From assembly GCA_963816395.1 (NCBI GenBank), contig CAWFKQ010000016.1, positions 96,001-160,000 on the forward strand: DNA of 64,000 nucleotides, given 5' to 3'. This DNA comes from an uncultured delta proteobacterium (GTDB lineage: Bacteria > Desulfobacterota > Desulfuromonadia > Desulfuromonadales > JACZKF01). The stretch's first letter is position 1. Every line of letters starts with the position of its first letter. The position numbers and the translations under genes were made by a program. Under the pieces are notes generated by a model. The model saw only the letters and a program-made list of their open reading frames with translations. It ran no database searches and was not told the origin of the DNA. Shown piece after piece: positions 20,571 through 32,912 of this stretch.

Positions 20571-21879
20571 TCAGCCCGGCAGCGCCCGCCCCAGCAGTTC
20601 CATGAGGTGCAGCACTTCCTGCCGCAAGCCGGCCTCCCGCAGCCCCCAGGCGAGCTGCAGGTGGCAGCCGGGATTGGCGGTAACGAGAATGTCGGCGCCG
20701 GTGTTTTTAACGTTCCCGAGCTTGCGGTCGAGGACCCGGCGGCTGTCTTCGGCGAACTTGAGGCCCCAGGTGGCGGCCGAGCCGCAGCACCAGCTCGCTT
20801 CCGCCATCTCGCGCAGCTCCACCCCGGGGATCTGCCGGAGGATTTCGCCGCGGCTGGGCGGAAATCCCCTGCGCATGGCAGAGATGGCACGGCTCGTGGT
20901 AGGTCACCGTGCAGGGGACCGGGCGCAGAGCCTCGGTGCGCAGCCCCACCTCGACCAGGAACTCGGAAATGTCGCGGATCTTGGCCCGGAAGCGCTGCAG
21001 CTTCCCCGCGTCCGCCTGTTCTTCCAGCAGTTCCTCGTATTCCTTGAGGGAAGCGCCGCAGCCGGCGCAATCCGTGACGATGCAATCGACATCCAACTCC
21101 AGGAACAGCTCGAGGTTGAACAGGGCCAGTTCCCGGGCGGTCTTGCGGTCGCCCTCGGAAAGGTGGGGGGCGCCGCAGCATTTGGCGGCCCGGGGAGTGA
21201 CCACCTCGAAGCCCTGATGGGCCAGGATGCGCACCGTTTGGCGGGAGACGCCGGGATACATCAGGGTCATCACGCAGCCGAGAAAAAAGCCGACCCGGCC
21301 GCGCTTCTCTCCCTGCGCCGGGACAACCTCCGGGAGCTGCGGCCGCAGCGGCGGCTCCAGGCGGGGGAGCATGCCTTCGGCCTTCTCCAGCCAGTGCGGC
21401 CCCAGTTTGAGGACCTTCAGGTGCCGCACCAGCCACTGGATGCCGAGGCGCTGATAGAGCCGGGTCGGCAGCATGGAGTTCTCCAGCCGGTCGGGCGAAG
21501 GAAGCATCTTCTGCAGGACGAATTCGCGGAAGGCCCGGCCGGCGCTCCCCAGCGGATGGAAGGCGTGCGCCTGACTGCGGCAGATCTCCATGACCTCGCC
21601 CGCCCGGACTCCGGAAGGACAGGCGGTGGTGCAGGCGCGGCAATCGAGGCAGAAGAAAGCTTCTTCCTTGACTGCTTCGGTGAATTGGAGCTTCTTCTCG
21701 GCCACCGCGCGGGCGAGGGCCACCCGGCCGCGCGGGCTGGAACGCTCGCGTCCGGTCAGGGCGTAGGTCGGACAGGTGGGCAGACAGAAGCCGCAGCGCA
21801 TGCACTGCAGGACATCCTCGTAGGCAGGCGCATCCTCCGGATGGAAATTGCCCAGAAGCTCAGTGCGCGACACGGGCAT
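20571..21879 (-). CDS. glcF: GlcF-like Fe-S/CCG subunit of a glycolate/D-lactate dehydrogenase, frameshift near 20850
   Basis: CMRCGFCLPTCP, CLDCRACTTACP, CCGA, TYHEPCHL; C-terminal CCGSAAT...TANPGCHLQ lies in the adjacent frame. Confidence 0.88.
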
Positions 21880-23290
21880 CTTCCTCCACCTGCGGTTTGC
21901 TGCAGGAATCCCGGTCATCGAAAATCTTCCCCGGGTTGAGGATTCCCGCCGGGTCGAAGGATTGTTTGATGCGCTGCATCACCCTGACCCCGCCGGCACC
22001 GATCTGGCGCGCCAGGTATTCCTTCTTGGCCAAGCCGATGCCGTGCTCGCCGGAAACCGTGCCGCCCCAGGCGAGCACCTTTTCGTAGAGGTCGCGATAG
22101 AAGGCATGCGCCCGTTCCATTTCGTCCCGATTGCGCTCGTCGCAGAGAACGGTCGGGTGCAGGTTGCCGTCGCCGGCATGGCCGAAAGTGCCGACCTGCA
22201 GCCCGTACTTGCCCGCCAGCCGTTCTATTTCGCCGAAGGTTTCGGCCAGGCGCGAGCGGGGAACGGTGGCGTCCTCCAGCAGGGTGGTGGGGGAGACCCG
22301 GGCCAGCGCCGAAAGGGCGGTGCGCCGGGCGGCGGCCAGGCCGGCCGCCTGTTCGGCGGTCTCGGCGAGGTGGACCTCGGCGGCGCCGGTGGCCAGCACT
22401 TCCCTGACCCCGGCGGCCTCCTCGGCGACCATGGCCGGATGGCCATCGACCTCGATCAGCAGCAGGGCCGCCATCTGCCGCGGCAGGCCGATCCGCACGT
22501 AATCCTCGATGCAGTTGATGGTGGCCCGGTCCATGATCTCCATGGTGGAGGGGATGATCCTGGCGGCGATGATCCGCGACACCGCCTCGCCGGCGGTGCG
22601 GATATCGTTGAAATAGGCGAGGAAGGTCCGTTTGTCCCGGGGCGGCGGGATCAGCTTGACCGTCACCTCGGTGATGACGCCGAGCGTCCCCTCGCTGCCG
22701 ACCAGCAGGTCCTTGAAGGAGTAGCCGGCCACGTCCTTGACGCTCTTGCCGCCGGTGCGCAGCAGGCTGCGGTCGGGTAGCACGCACTGCAGGGCCATGA
22801 CGTAGTCGCGGGTAACCCCGTACTTGAGACCGCGCAGGCCGCCGGCGTTTTCCGCCACATTTCCGCCCAGGGTGGAGATCTTCTGGGAACCTGGATCGGG
22901 GGGGTAGAACAGCCCCTTCGCCGCCACGGCGTTGAACAGATCGAGGGTGATGACGCCGGGCTCGCAGGTGGCGGTCAGGTTCTCCTCGTCGATCTCACGG
23001 ATGCGGTTCATCCGGGTCGTGGCCAGCACCATTCCCCCGCGAAGCGGGACGCTGCCGCCCGACAGCCCGGTTCCCGATCCCCGCGGGACCAGCGGCAGGC
23101 CCTCGCTCTGGGCGACTTCCATGGCCGTCACCACCTGCTCGGCGGTGGTCGGGTAAACCACCACCTCCGGCAGGTGGTGCACGCCCGGGGTGGAGTCATA
23201 GCCGAGGACCAGCAGGTCCTCCTGCTCGTGCAGGACGTTCTTCTCGCCGAGCTTTTCCTGGAGATGGCGGATGGCGGTCTTGGAGATCAT
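21860..23290 (-). CDS. glcD: GlcD-like FAD-linked oxidase (glycolate/D-lactate dehydrogenase subunit)
   Basis: PRGSGTGLSGG, YPPDPGS, KYGVTRDYV, GSEGTLG, GHAGDGNLH, SGEHGIG, LNPGK; start MISKT at 23290. Confidence 0.92.
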   Translation of the reverse strand: MISKTAIRHLQEKLGEKNVLHEQEDLLVLGYDSTPGVHHLPEVVVYPTTAEQVVTAMEVAQSEGLPLVPRGSGTGLSGGSVPLRGGMVLATTRMNRIREIDEENLTATCEPGVITLDLFNAVAAKGLFYPPDPGSQKISTLGGNVAENAGGLRGLKYGVTRDYVMALQCVLPDRSLLRTGGKSVKDVAGYSFKDLLVGSEGTLGVITEVTVKLIPPPRDKRTFLAYFNDIRTAGEAVSRIIAARIIPSTMEIMDRATINCIEDYVRIGLPRQMAALLLIEVDGHPAMVAEEAAGVREVLATGAAEVHLAETAEQAAGLAAARRTALSALARVSPTTLLEDATVPRSRLAETFGEIERLAGKYGLQVGTFGHAGDGNLHPTVLCDERNRDEMERAHAFYRDLYEKVLAWGGTVSGEHGIGLAKKEYLARQIGAGGVRVMQRIKQSFDPAGILNPGKIFDDRDSCSKPQVEEDARVAH

Positions 23291-23443
23291 GGAAAACCCG
23301 TCATTGGTCAGGTGGTCATTGTTCGTTGCTGTGGTTTGGAAAAGCTCCTGTTGGTCATCGCCTGAATGGAAGGCCCATACAAGCCGCGGACTCCTTCGGC
23401 CAATGACCATGGACAAGTGACTAATGACGCGCGCGCCAGCGCG

Positions 23444-23953
23444 CTAGAACCCTTCTTCCCGGTACCCTTCGGGAATCCGCACCACCAGCACCGCCCGGTC
23501 GGTGCCGTGCAGAACCTTGGAGGTGGTGGTGCCGAGGAGGGCCTCGCCGAGGACGGTGCGCCGGTGCGAGCCCATGACGATCAGGTCGGCCTCGCAGTCG
23601 GCAGCCGCCTCAAGCACCACCTGGGCCGGTTGCCCCTCGACGATGCGGATCTCACTGACACGGTTCACCCCGTCGGGATCATTGGCGCGCTCCATCTCGC
23701 AGATGCGCTCGATCCGTTCGCGAAGCCGGTTCCTGACCTCCTGCCGCGCCCCCTGGTGGAGCTCTTCCAGGCGGTCATGGGAAATATACAGTTCCACCAT
23801 GCTCTGGCCGAAGTTGGACAGCGGCTCCATGCCGTGCACGGCAATGATTTCCGCCCCGTACTGCCGGGCCAGGCCCAGAGCGTGGCGGAAGACGTAGGGC
23901 GCGGCGGGACCGATGCCGGTGGCATAAAGGATTTTCTTGATTTTGGGCAGCAT
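23444..23953 (-). CDS. Universal stress protein (TRAP-associated)
   Basis: KKILYAT, GQPAQVVL, DLIVMGSH, LLGTTTSKVL. Confidence 0.9.
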   Translation of the reverse strand: MLPKIKKILYATGIGPAAPYVFRHALGLARQYGAEIIAVHGMEPLSNFGQSMVELYISHDRLEELHQGARQEVRNRLRERIERICEMERANDPDGVNRVSEIRIVEGQPAQVVLEAAADCEADLIVMGSHRRTVLGEALLGTTTSKVLHGTDRAVLVVRIPEGYREEGF

Positions 23954-24038
23954 GGATTTCTCCCCGGTATGTCTATCATGAATCGGGTTGTTCGATGCAA
24001 TCTTGCCACCTCTTGCCGGGTCGGCAAGGAAAGAAACT

Positions 24039-25382
<1,344 letters not shown>

Positions 25383-25407
25383 GGGAACGTCTCCGGGAGC
25401 GGCAGTA

Positions 25408-25906
25408 CTAGTCGCGCTGGCGCAGGGAACGAAAATCGTGAATCAGTTTGGCCACCCCCTGCAGAAAGAACAGGACGAAGCCGATGGCCATGACGGTCTT
25501 GTAGGGGTAGATCGCCGGCGCCCAGGAGGAGGAGGCCAGCTCATGGATTTTCCAGGAATTTGCGGCATAGATGATCGACCAGATGGTCAACAGGCCGATG
25601 GTCGGCATGAAGATCACCAGGTTGGCGACGATGCGCAGGATCGTGCGCGGCCGCGGCGGCAGCCGGGATTCGAAAACATCGATGGCGACATGGCCGTCGT
25701 ACTTGTGGGCGTAGCCGAAGGCCAGCATGAAATGCATGCCGTAGAGGAAAACGGTCATCTCGAAGGCCCAGACGGTCGGCGCGTCGAAGCCGTAGCGCAT
25801 CAGGACCTCGAAGACGACCACCCCGACCAGGGGGAGGATCAGGTAGGAGTGACCAGCGGCCCACTTTTTCGTTCAGGGAGTCGATAGACCGGGCGATTGG
25901 GAGCAT
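25408..25906 (-). CDS. TRAP transporter small permease (DctQ), frameshift near 25850
   Basis: ARSIDSLNEKVG...EVLMRYGFDAPTVWAFE...GHVAID. Confidence 0.85.
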
Positions 25907-25949
25907 AGGTGCCTCGCATGGGTTGCGGATCGCTTTCCGCGGATGCGGA

Positions 25950-25983
25950 AAAGCAGCGGCGGGGACCGGCGGCCCCCGCCGTT
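25950..25983 (-). terminator. Stem-loop after the TRAP binding-protein gene
   Basis: Minus strand ACGGCGGGGG-CCGCCGGT-CCCCGCCGC-TGCTTTT. Confidence 0.5.
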
Positions 25984-25996
25984 ACTTCAGGTCAGA

Positions 25997-27161
25997 TTAC
26001 TGCAGGCGCTTGCCGTTGATGTAGTCGTCGATCGGCCAGGGGGTCAGGCCGCTGCGGATTTCCCGCCACTGCGGCGAAATCCTTCCTTGAACTGCTCCTG
26101 GGAATCGAGGGTCTTCTTCACGTCAGGGTACTTGGCCTTGAGGTCGTCCAGGTACTCCTTGGTGCGTCTTGGCGAAGGAGGTGATCGCCTCGTCGTCCAT
26201 CTTGACGAATTCCACTTTCTCCTTGAATTTCTTGATCGCCTCGATGTTCAGCTGCTCCTGCCAGGCGGTGGACCAGAGCTGGGTTTCCTTGGCGGCGATG
26301 TCGACGATCCACTTCAGGTCGGCGGGAAGCTTGTTGTAGGCGTCCTTGTTGAAGAAGAGGGCGCACTGCACGGAAGGCTGGTGCACGCCCGGCTCGATGA
26401 CGTACTTGGTGATTTCGTCGAAGCCCATCGGGTAGTTGATGGCCGGGGAGCTGAACTCGGCGGCATCGATGACGCCGCGCTCCAGGGCCAGGTAGACCTC
26501 GCCGCCCGGCAGCGGGGTGACGGAGGCGCCGAGGGAGTTCAGGATATCCATGTACCAGCCGGGGGTGCGCACGCGCATGCCCTTTGAAGTCGGCCATCTT
26601 GGTGGCCTTCTTGTTGGAGAAAAGACCCATTTCCTGGCCGCCGTTGCCGCCGGGGAAGGCCACCAGGTTATAGCGGCCGTACAGTTCCTGCATCTGCTCC
26701 AGACCGCCGCGCTCGTAGAGCCAGATGTTGTAGCCTTCGGTGTCGAGGCCGAAGGGGACCGAGGCGAAGGAGACGAAGTTCTCGTTTTTCCCTTTCCAGT
26801 AGCCCGGCCAGTCGTGGCCGACCTGCGGCGGAGCCCTTGCTCACCGCGTCGAAGCTCTCCATGGCCCCGACCAGTTCGCCGGCGGAGAAGAGCTTGATGT
26901 CGAGCCGGCCGCCGGAGGCGAGTTCGACGGAATCGGCGAAATGCTGGGCCATGTCGTAGAAGAGCAGTCCTTTGGACCAGGGCATGACCATCTTCCAGTG
27001 GAACTTCTGGTCCGAGGTCTTGATGGTGCGCAGTTCCTTTTTTGACTTCCTCGTGGCGTTTGTCGGCGCCGAACTTCTCGCGCTTGGCGGCGAAGGCCTG
27101 CGGGGCCAGGATCAACGACAGGGCGACGACACAGTCCGGCCAGTGATCTTAACCTCTTCAT
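25997..27161 (-). CDS. TRAP substrate-binding protein (DctP, TakP/monocarboxylate-like), several frameshifts
   Basis: Reassembled: WKMVMPW...ASGGRLDIKLFSAGELV...GYWKGK...VPFGL...GMRVRTPG...GGEVYLALERGVIDAAEF. Confidence 0.85.
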
Positions 27162-27242
27162 CTGCTGCCTCCTTATTCTTGCGGTTGTGAGAATCGGCGG
27201 ACGGTTTGTCCGCGGTCGTTGAAGGCAAAAGGAAATACCAAA

Positions 27243-27259
27243 AATTGGTAAGACCATTT
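27243..27259. promoter_or_regulatory. GntR/FadR-subfamily (PdhR/LldR-type) operator
   Basis: AATTGGTAAGACCATTT, one mismatch from the PdhR box AATTGGTaagACCAATT; upstream of the TRAP-glcDF operon. Confidence 0.75.
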
Positions 27260-27394
27260 ATTAGACCAAGGTATTTCAGCCGTCAAGGAAAAAACAAACA
27301 TTGTTTTCTAAAATCGCGAATTTTTCTTCGATTATCTCAGGGCATGTCAAACGACGGACTGATGTGCTGCCCGGGCATGTGGCAACTTCGCCCC

Positions 27395-28715
27395 TTAGCC
27401 GTCGTCGCGAACTTTGATCCGGCCCAGTTTACGGGCGGCGCTCGCCTGGCTGATGCCGAGGGCGGTGGCAATTTTGCGGGTCGTCCTGTGTTTCTGCCGG
27501 GCCTGCAGGAGGATGCGGTTTTCGTGCTCCGCGAGCATTTCTTTCAGCGTCATCCCGGCCGAATATCCCTGGGCCTTGCCGGGAAGAGGGACATCCTCCC
27601 GGGTGATGTGGTCGGCCGGTGAGGTCACGATGCTTCGCTCAACCAGATTCTCCAGCTCGCGGATATTGCCTTTCCAGGGCAGCGCGACCAGATAATCGAT
27701 CGAGGCTCTTGGCGAACTTCTTGTAGGTGTTGTACTTCCGGTTGTATTTCCCCACGAAATAGTTGACCAGGACAGGGATGTCCTCCCGCCGTTCCCGAAG
27801 GGGCGGGATATGGAGCGGCACAACGTTCAGGCGGTAATAGAGGTCCTCGCGGAACCGCCCCTCGGCCACCAATTGGCCGAGATCTCCGTTGGTGGCCGCC
27901 AGCAGGCGGATGTCGACGGCGCGGGTTTCCCTGCCGCCGACCTTGAAAAAGCTTTTGTCCTGGATGACGCCGAGCAGTTTGGACTGCAGGTGAAGGGGCA
28001 GCTCGGAGATCTCATCGAGGAAGACCGTTCCGCCATCGGCGATTTCCAGAAGCCCCTCTTTGCCCCGCCGGTCGGCCCCGGTAAAGGAACCGGACTCGTA
28101 GCCGAAAAGTTCGGCCTCCATGAGGGCTTCCGGGATGGCGGCACAGTTGATCTGGATAAAGGGCTTTTTCTTGCGGCCGCTGGTTCGATGGATCATCTTG
28201 GCCAGCAGGCTTTTGCCGACTCCCGATTCGCCGGAGAGCAGGATGGTCGAGTCGGTGTCGGCCACCCGCAGCGCCAGATCGATGACATCGATCATTTTGC
28301 TGCTGCAGGTGATGATGTCCTCTTCCGCCAGGAGTTGATCGCGAGCCGTATCGGAATCGATCTCCTGATTGTAATGGACGACGGTCAGGTCCCAGATGGT
28401 GTTGATGACGTAGCGGATTTCCCCCTCTGCATCGAAGATGGGGCGGCCCTTGACCAGCAGCTTGCGGTTGGTTTTGGTGGAATAGGTGGCCGTGGCCGGG
28501 GCTTTGCGCTCCAGGACGATGAGGGTGGCCGCCCCGGAAAAATAATTGTCCGCCCCCACCAGGTCGTAGAGGCTTTTCCCCTCGAGTTCTTCGTTGGTGA
28601 AGCCCGACATTTCTTCGAAGGTCCGGTTGACCTTGATCGTCACCCCGCGGCCATCGGCGATGTAAATTCCGTTATAGACGTTGTCGAAGGCGAGTTCCAG
28701 CAGTTGATGGTCCAT
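27395..28715 (-). CDS. PAS-AAA+-HTH sigma-54 activator, frameshift near 27705
   Basis: PAS (NVYNGIYIAD...VNRTFEEMSG), GESGVGKS, GSFTGA, FREDLYYRLNV, then WKGNIRELEN and TTRKIATALGISQ in the next frame. Confidence 0.9.
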
Positions 28716-28841
28716 GAGCTGCCTCTCCTCCGCAGTCGAGTTGCGAGCCGGTCCTTTACTCGCCTGCCTCCAGCGGTTTGGGGCGAACGATGGCTGGGAC
28801 CCGGGGCGCCGGGCGGCGGGTCCCCTTTCCCTCGAAGGTGT

Positions 28842-29783
28842 TCACAGCGACCGCTTCAGCAGCCGTCCCAATTCTCCCACGAAGCCTCGGCGAAAAGCCA
28901 GCACGCAGACGACAAAGATGGCGCCGATCACCACGGTGACCCAGGAGCCGATAGCGCTCAATTCCGAGTGCAGGGCGATCACCGTGCAGGCCCCGGCGAG
29001 CGGTCCCAGGACCGTGCCGAGGCCGCCGAGCAGGGTCATCAGCACCACCTCTCCGGAGGTGTGCCAGCTGACATCGGTCAGCGAAGCGAGTTGGAAGACC
29101 AGTGCTTTGGTGGCTCCGGCCATCCCGGACAGGGCGGCGGAGAGGACGAAGGCGAGCAGCTTGAAGCGCTCCACCTTGTAGCCGAGGGAGACCGCTCGCG
29201 GTTCGTTCTCCCGGATCGCCTTGAGCACCTGGCCAAAGGGGGAATGAATGGCGCGATAGATGATCCAGAAGCCGAGGCAAAAGATGGCGAAGACGAAGTA
29301 GTAGAGGTTGAGCTCCAGAGGGCGGCCGGCCAGATGATAGGTATGGCCCAGGTTGACCAGCCCGAAGAGCATCCCCCGGGGGACGTCCTGCAGGCCGTCC
29401 TCGCCGCCGGTAAAAGGAGCCTTGAGCGCGATGAAATAGACCACCTGGGCCAGGGCCAGGGTGATCATGGCGAAATAGATCCCCTGCCGGCGAATGGTCA
29501 GGATTCCGAAGATATACCCCATCACGCCGGCGGCGAGGGTGCCGGCGAGCACCCCGAGCCCCGGTGTCAGGCCGACGTTCTTGACCAGATAACCGGTGAT
29601 ATAGGCCGCCCCGCCGAAAAAGGCGGCGTGCCCGAAGGAGAGCAACCCCGTGTAGCCGATCAGCAGATTGAAGGCGCAGGCGAACAGGGCAAAACAGAGC
29701 AACTGCATCACGAATACCGGGTAGATCACAAACGGGGCCACCACCCCCGCCACGAACAGCACTGCCCATACCGTACGGTTCAC
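28842..29783 (-). CDS. Branched-chain amino acid-type ABC permease (LivM family)
   Basis: GYTGLLSFGHAAF, GIYFAMITLA, AIRENEPRA, LLGGLGT. Confidence 0.92.
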   Translation of the reverse strand: MNRTVWAVLFVAGVVAPFVIYPVFVMQLLCFALFACAFNLLIGYTGLLSFGHAAFFGGAAYITGYLVKNVGLTPGLGVLAGTLAAGVMGYIFGILTIRRQGIYFAMITLALAQVVYFIALKAPFTGGEDGLQDVPRGMLFGLVNLGHTYHLAGRPLELNLYYFVFAIFCLGFWIIYRAIHSPFGQVLKAIRENEPRAVSLGYKVERFKLLAFVLSAALSGMAGATKALVFQLASLTDVSWHTSGEVVLMTLLGGLGTVLGPLAGACTVIALHSELSAIGSWVTVVIGAIFVVCVLAFRRGFVGELGRLLKRSL

Positions 29784-29793
29784 ACCAGACTCC

Positions 29794-30699
29794 CTACTGT
29801 TCCTTGCCGAAGAGGCCTGCCGGCTTGACCAGCAGCACCAGAATCATCATGAAGAAAATCACTGTGTTGGCGGCCGGGGGATAGATCACCTTGGTCAGCC
29901 CCTCGACCATGCCGAGGGAAAGTCCGGTAAGGATGGAGCCCATGATCGACCCCATGCCGCCGATCACCACCACGGCAAAAACGGTGATGATCATCTCCGA
30001 ACCCATGATGGGGCTCACCGAATAGATCGGCGCCGCCACCACCCCGGCAAAGGCGGCCAGGGCCACCCCGTAGCCGTAGGTCAGGGTAATCATCAGCGGG
30101 ACGTTGATGCCGAAGGCCTGCACCAGGCGGGGATTTTCCGTCCCGGCGCGCAGATAGGCGCCGAGCCTGGTCCGCTCGATGACAAACCAGGTGCCGAAGC
30201 AGACGACGAGCGAGATGCCGATCGACCAGAGACGGTAGGTGGGAAACATCATGAACTTCAGATTCACCACTCCGTTGAGGACTTCCGGCTTGCCGTTGTA
30301 GGAAGTCCCCGAGACGTTGAAGTAGTTGGTGAACACCCCTTCGAGGATTAACGCCAGGCCGAAGGTGAGCAGCAGTCCATACAGGGGATCGACCTTGTAG
30401 AGGCGCTTGAGCATGCTCTTTTCGATGATGATCCCGAGCAGCCCGACCAGCAGCGGGGCGAGGATCAGGGCCGCCCAGTAGTTCAGGTGGAAACCGGGCA
30501 TGCCGAGCAGCGGGCCCAGTTTCGTATAGCCGAGCAGGGCGATGAAGGCGCCGAGCATGTAGAGGGCGCCGTGCGCGAAGTTGATGATGTTCAGCAAGCC
30601 GAAGATCACCGCCAGCCCCAGGCTGAGCAGGGCATAGAAGGCGCCGTTGTTCAGCCCGAGCATCAACTGCGCCATGATCATCTGAGAGGATAAATGCAT
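29794..30699 (-). CDS. Branched-chain amino acid-type ABC permease (LivH family)
   Basis: GLAVIFGLLNIINFAHGA, FAVVVIGGMGS, KPAGLFG; start MHLSSQ at 30699. Confidence 0.92.
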   Translation of the reverse strand: MHLSSQMIMAQLMLGLNNGAFYALLSLGLAVIFGLLNIINFAHGALYMLGAFIALLGYTKLGPLLGMPGFHLNYWAALILAPLLVGLLGIIIEKSMLKRLYKVDPLYGLLLTFGLALILEGVFTNYFNVSGTSYNGKPEVLNGVVNLKFMMFPTYRLWSIGISLVVCFGTWFVIERTRLGAYLRAGTENPRLVQAFGINVPLMITLTYGYGVALAAFAGVVAAPIYSVSPIMGSEMIITVFAVVVIGGMGSIMGSILTGLSLGMVEGLTKVIYPPAANTVIFFMMILVLLVKPAGLFGKEQ

Positions 30700-30724
30700 T
30701 GCGCCTCCCGGCCTGCGGCTGCTT

Positions 30725-30753
30725 GGCCGGGGCGAAGCAATCTTCGCCCCGGC
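30725..30753. repeat. REP-like hairpin
   Basis: GCCGGGGCGAAG-CAAT-CTTCGCCCCGGC perfect 12-bp stem. Confidence 0.7.
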
Positions 30754-30765
30754 GCCATCACAATT

Positions 30766-30892
30766 GATGGCGTCGCAAAAACTCACCAACTGCTGCGTTG
30801 CTGCAATTGCTCTCGCTGCCTCGACGTACTTAAGTACGCCTCATTGCTCGACAATTGCGCGCCTTGCATTTGGCGCTTTTTGCTTAGCCATC
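30766..30892. mobile_element. About 127-bp palindromic MITE/REP-like element
   Basis: Ends GATGGCgtcGCAAAAA...TTTTTGCttaGCCATC with a central CGTACTTAAGTACG palindrome; similar in organisation to 42597-42696. Confidence 0.65.
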
Positions 30893-30940
30893 CCCATTTT
30901 TGCTTTCTTGCGAAAGCATAACAAGTGGGTCTGGTATTCT

Positions 30941-32160
30941 TTATTTGCCTTTGACCAGGGAGCAGCTCCCCTCGGACATGGGCATGAACGCCTGGTCGCC
31001 CGGCACCTGCTTTGACGACCTTGAGCAGGTCCCATGGGCCCTTCGATTCGGAGGGCTTTTTCACTTCGACCAGGAACATGTCGTGGACCATGGTGCCGTC
31101 GGGGCGCAGGTGGCCGTTGACGGAGAAGAAGTCATCGATTTTCATCGCCCGGAAGGCCTTCATCACCGCATCGGGATTGTCGGTGCCGGCCGCTTTGATC
31201 GCCTTGAGGTAGTTCATGGTGGCGGAGTAAACGCCGGCCTGGTTCATGGTCGGCATGGCCCCGGTCTTGTCGAAGTAGCGTTTGGACCATTGCCGGGAAG
31301 CCGGGTCACGATCCCAGTAGAAGCTGGTGGCGAACTCCATTCCCTGGGCGACATCGAGTCCGAGGCTCTTTACGTCGCTGAGAAAAACCAGCATCCCGGC
31401 GATGGTCTGCCCCCCCTGGACGATGCCGAACTCCCGCGCCTGTTTGACGGCGTTGATGAAATCGCCGCCGGCATTGGCCAGGCCGATCACCTTGGCGCCC
31501 GAGGCCTGGGCCTGCAGCAGGTAGGAGGAAAAATCGGCGGTCGCCAGGGGATGCCGGACCTGGCCGAGGACCTGGCCGCCGTGCTTCTTGACGAAGTCAG
31601 CGGTATTCTCCTCCAGCGAATGGCCGAAGGCATAGTCGGCCGTGAGGAAATACCAGGTCTTGCCGCCGTGATCGATGATGGCACTGGCGGCGACTTTGGG
31701 CAGGGAATAGGTGTCGTAGACGTAGTGGATGCCGTAAGGGCTGCAGTCCTGGTTGGTCAGCGCGGTGCTGCCGGCCCCCGTCGCGATGGTGATCGTCTTC
31801 TTGTCGGTGCCGATCTTTTGCACCGCCAGGGCGCAGCCGGAATTGAGCAGTCCGATGATCATGTCCACATGCTCGTTGTCGGACCATTCCCGCGCTTTGG
31901 TCGAGGCGATGTCCGCCTTGTTCTGGTGGTCGGCGGAAATGACCTCGATCGGCTTGCCGAGGACCTTGCCGCCGAAATCCGCCACCGCCATTTTGGCCGC
32001 GGTGACGCTCCCCTCGCCGCCGATGGCCGAATAGACGCCGGACATATCCGTGAGCACCCCGACCTTCACCACCCCGTTGGACACCCCGGCGGCGCTGGCG
32101 ACTACCGCCAGACCGAGGATGGCAACGCCGGTGACGACCTGCATCAAGCTTCCTTTTCAT
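30941..32160 (-). CDS. ABC substrate-binding protein (LivJ/K-like), frameshifts near both ends
   Basis: VKVGVLTDMSG, SADHQNKAD, WYFLTADYAFG, DFSSYLLQAQ; the likely end QVPGDQAFMPMSEGSCSLVKGK* needs one base removed. Confidence 0.9.
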
Positions 32161-32195
32161 GATCCTGCTCCTTTCCTCATTGAAAGTTCCTGCTG

Positions 32196-32912
32196 CTAAA
32201 CCCCGAGATAACCGCTGAGCCGTTCCATGCTCGCTCCCAGGGCCTCCATCGGTATCATCTCCACGATATTGCCGTGGTCGACCACGTAGTGCCGGTCGGC
32301 CAGGTCGGCGGCGAAATGAAAATTCTGCTCGACCAGGATAATGGTGAATCCCCGCTCCTTGAGCTGCCGGATCAGCCGCCCCAGGGCCTGCACGATCACC
32401 GGCGCCAGCCCTTCGGTGATCTCGTCGAGCAGCAGCAGGTCCGCCCCGGTGCGCAGGATGCGGGCCATGGCCAGCATCTGCTGCTCTCCGCCCGAAAGAC
32501 GGGTGCCGATGCTGTTTTTGCGTTCCAGGAGGTTGGCGAAGAGCTCGTAGATCTCCGCCAGGCTCATCCCCCCCTGTTTCACCACCGGCGGCAGCAGCAG
32601 GTTCTCCTCCACGGTGAGTCGGGAAAAGATCCCCCGCTCCTCCGGGCAGTACCCCACTCCCAACCGGGCGATGCGGTGAGGCGGGAGGTTCACCGTCTCC
32701 TGGCCGGCGATGCGCACCGAGCCGCTGCGGCGTCCCACCAGCCCCATGATCGATTTGAGGATGGTGGTTCGGCCCGCCCCGTTGCGGCCGAGCAGGGTCA
32801 CCAGTTCTCCCCGGCGCACCGAGAAATGGATGCCGTGCAGAATATGCGACTCGCCGTAATAAGCATGCAGGTCCGCAACGGACAGCAGCTCCCGGGCAGA
32901 TGTTTCAGGCAT
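32196..32912 (-). CDS. ABC ATP-binding protein (LivF family)
   Basis: GRNGAGRTT, LSGGEQQM, LLLDEITEGL, LVEQN. Confidence 0.93.
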   Translation of the reverse strand: MPETSARELLSVADLHAYYGESHILHGIHFSVRRGELVTLLGRNGAGRTTILKSIMGLVGRRSGSVRIAGQETVNLPPHRIARLGVGYCPEERGIFSRLTVEENLLLPPVVKQGGMSLAEIYELFANLLERKNSIGTRLSGGEQQMLAMARILRTGADLLLLDEITEGLAPVIVQALGRLIRQLKERGFTIILVEQNFHFAADLADRHYVVDHGNIVEMIPMEALGASMERLSGYLGV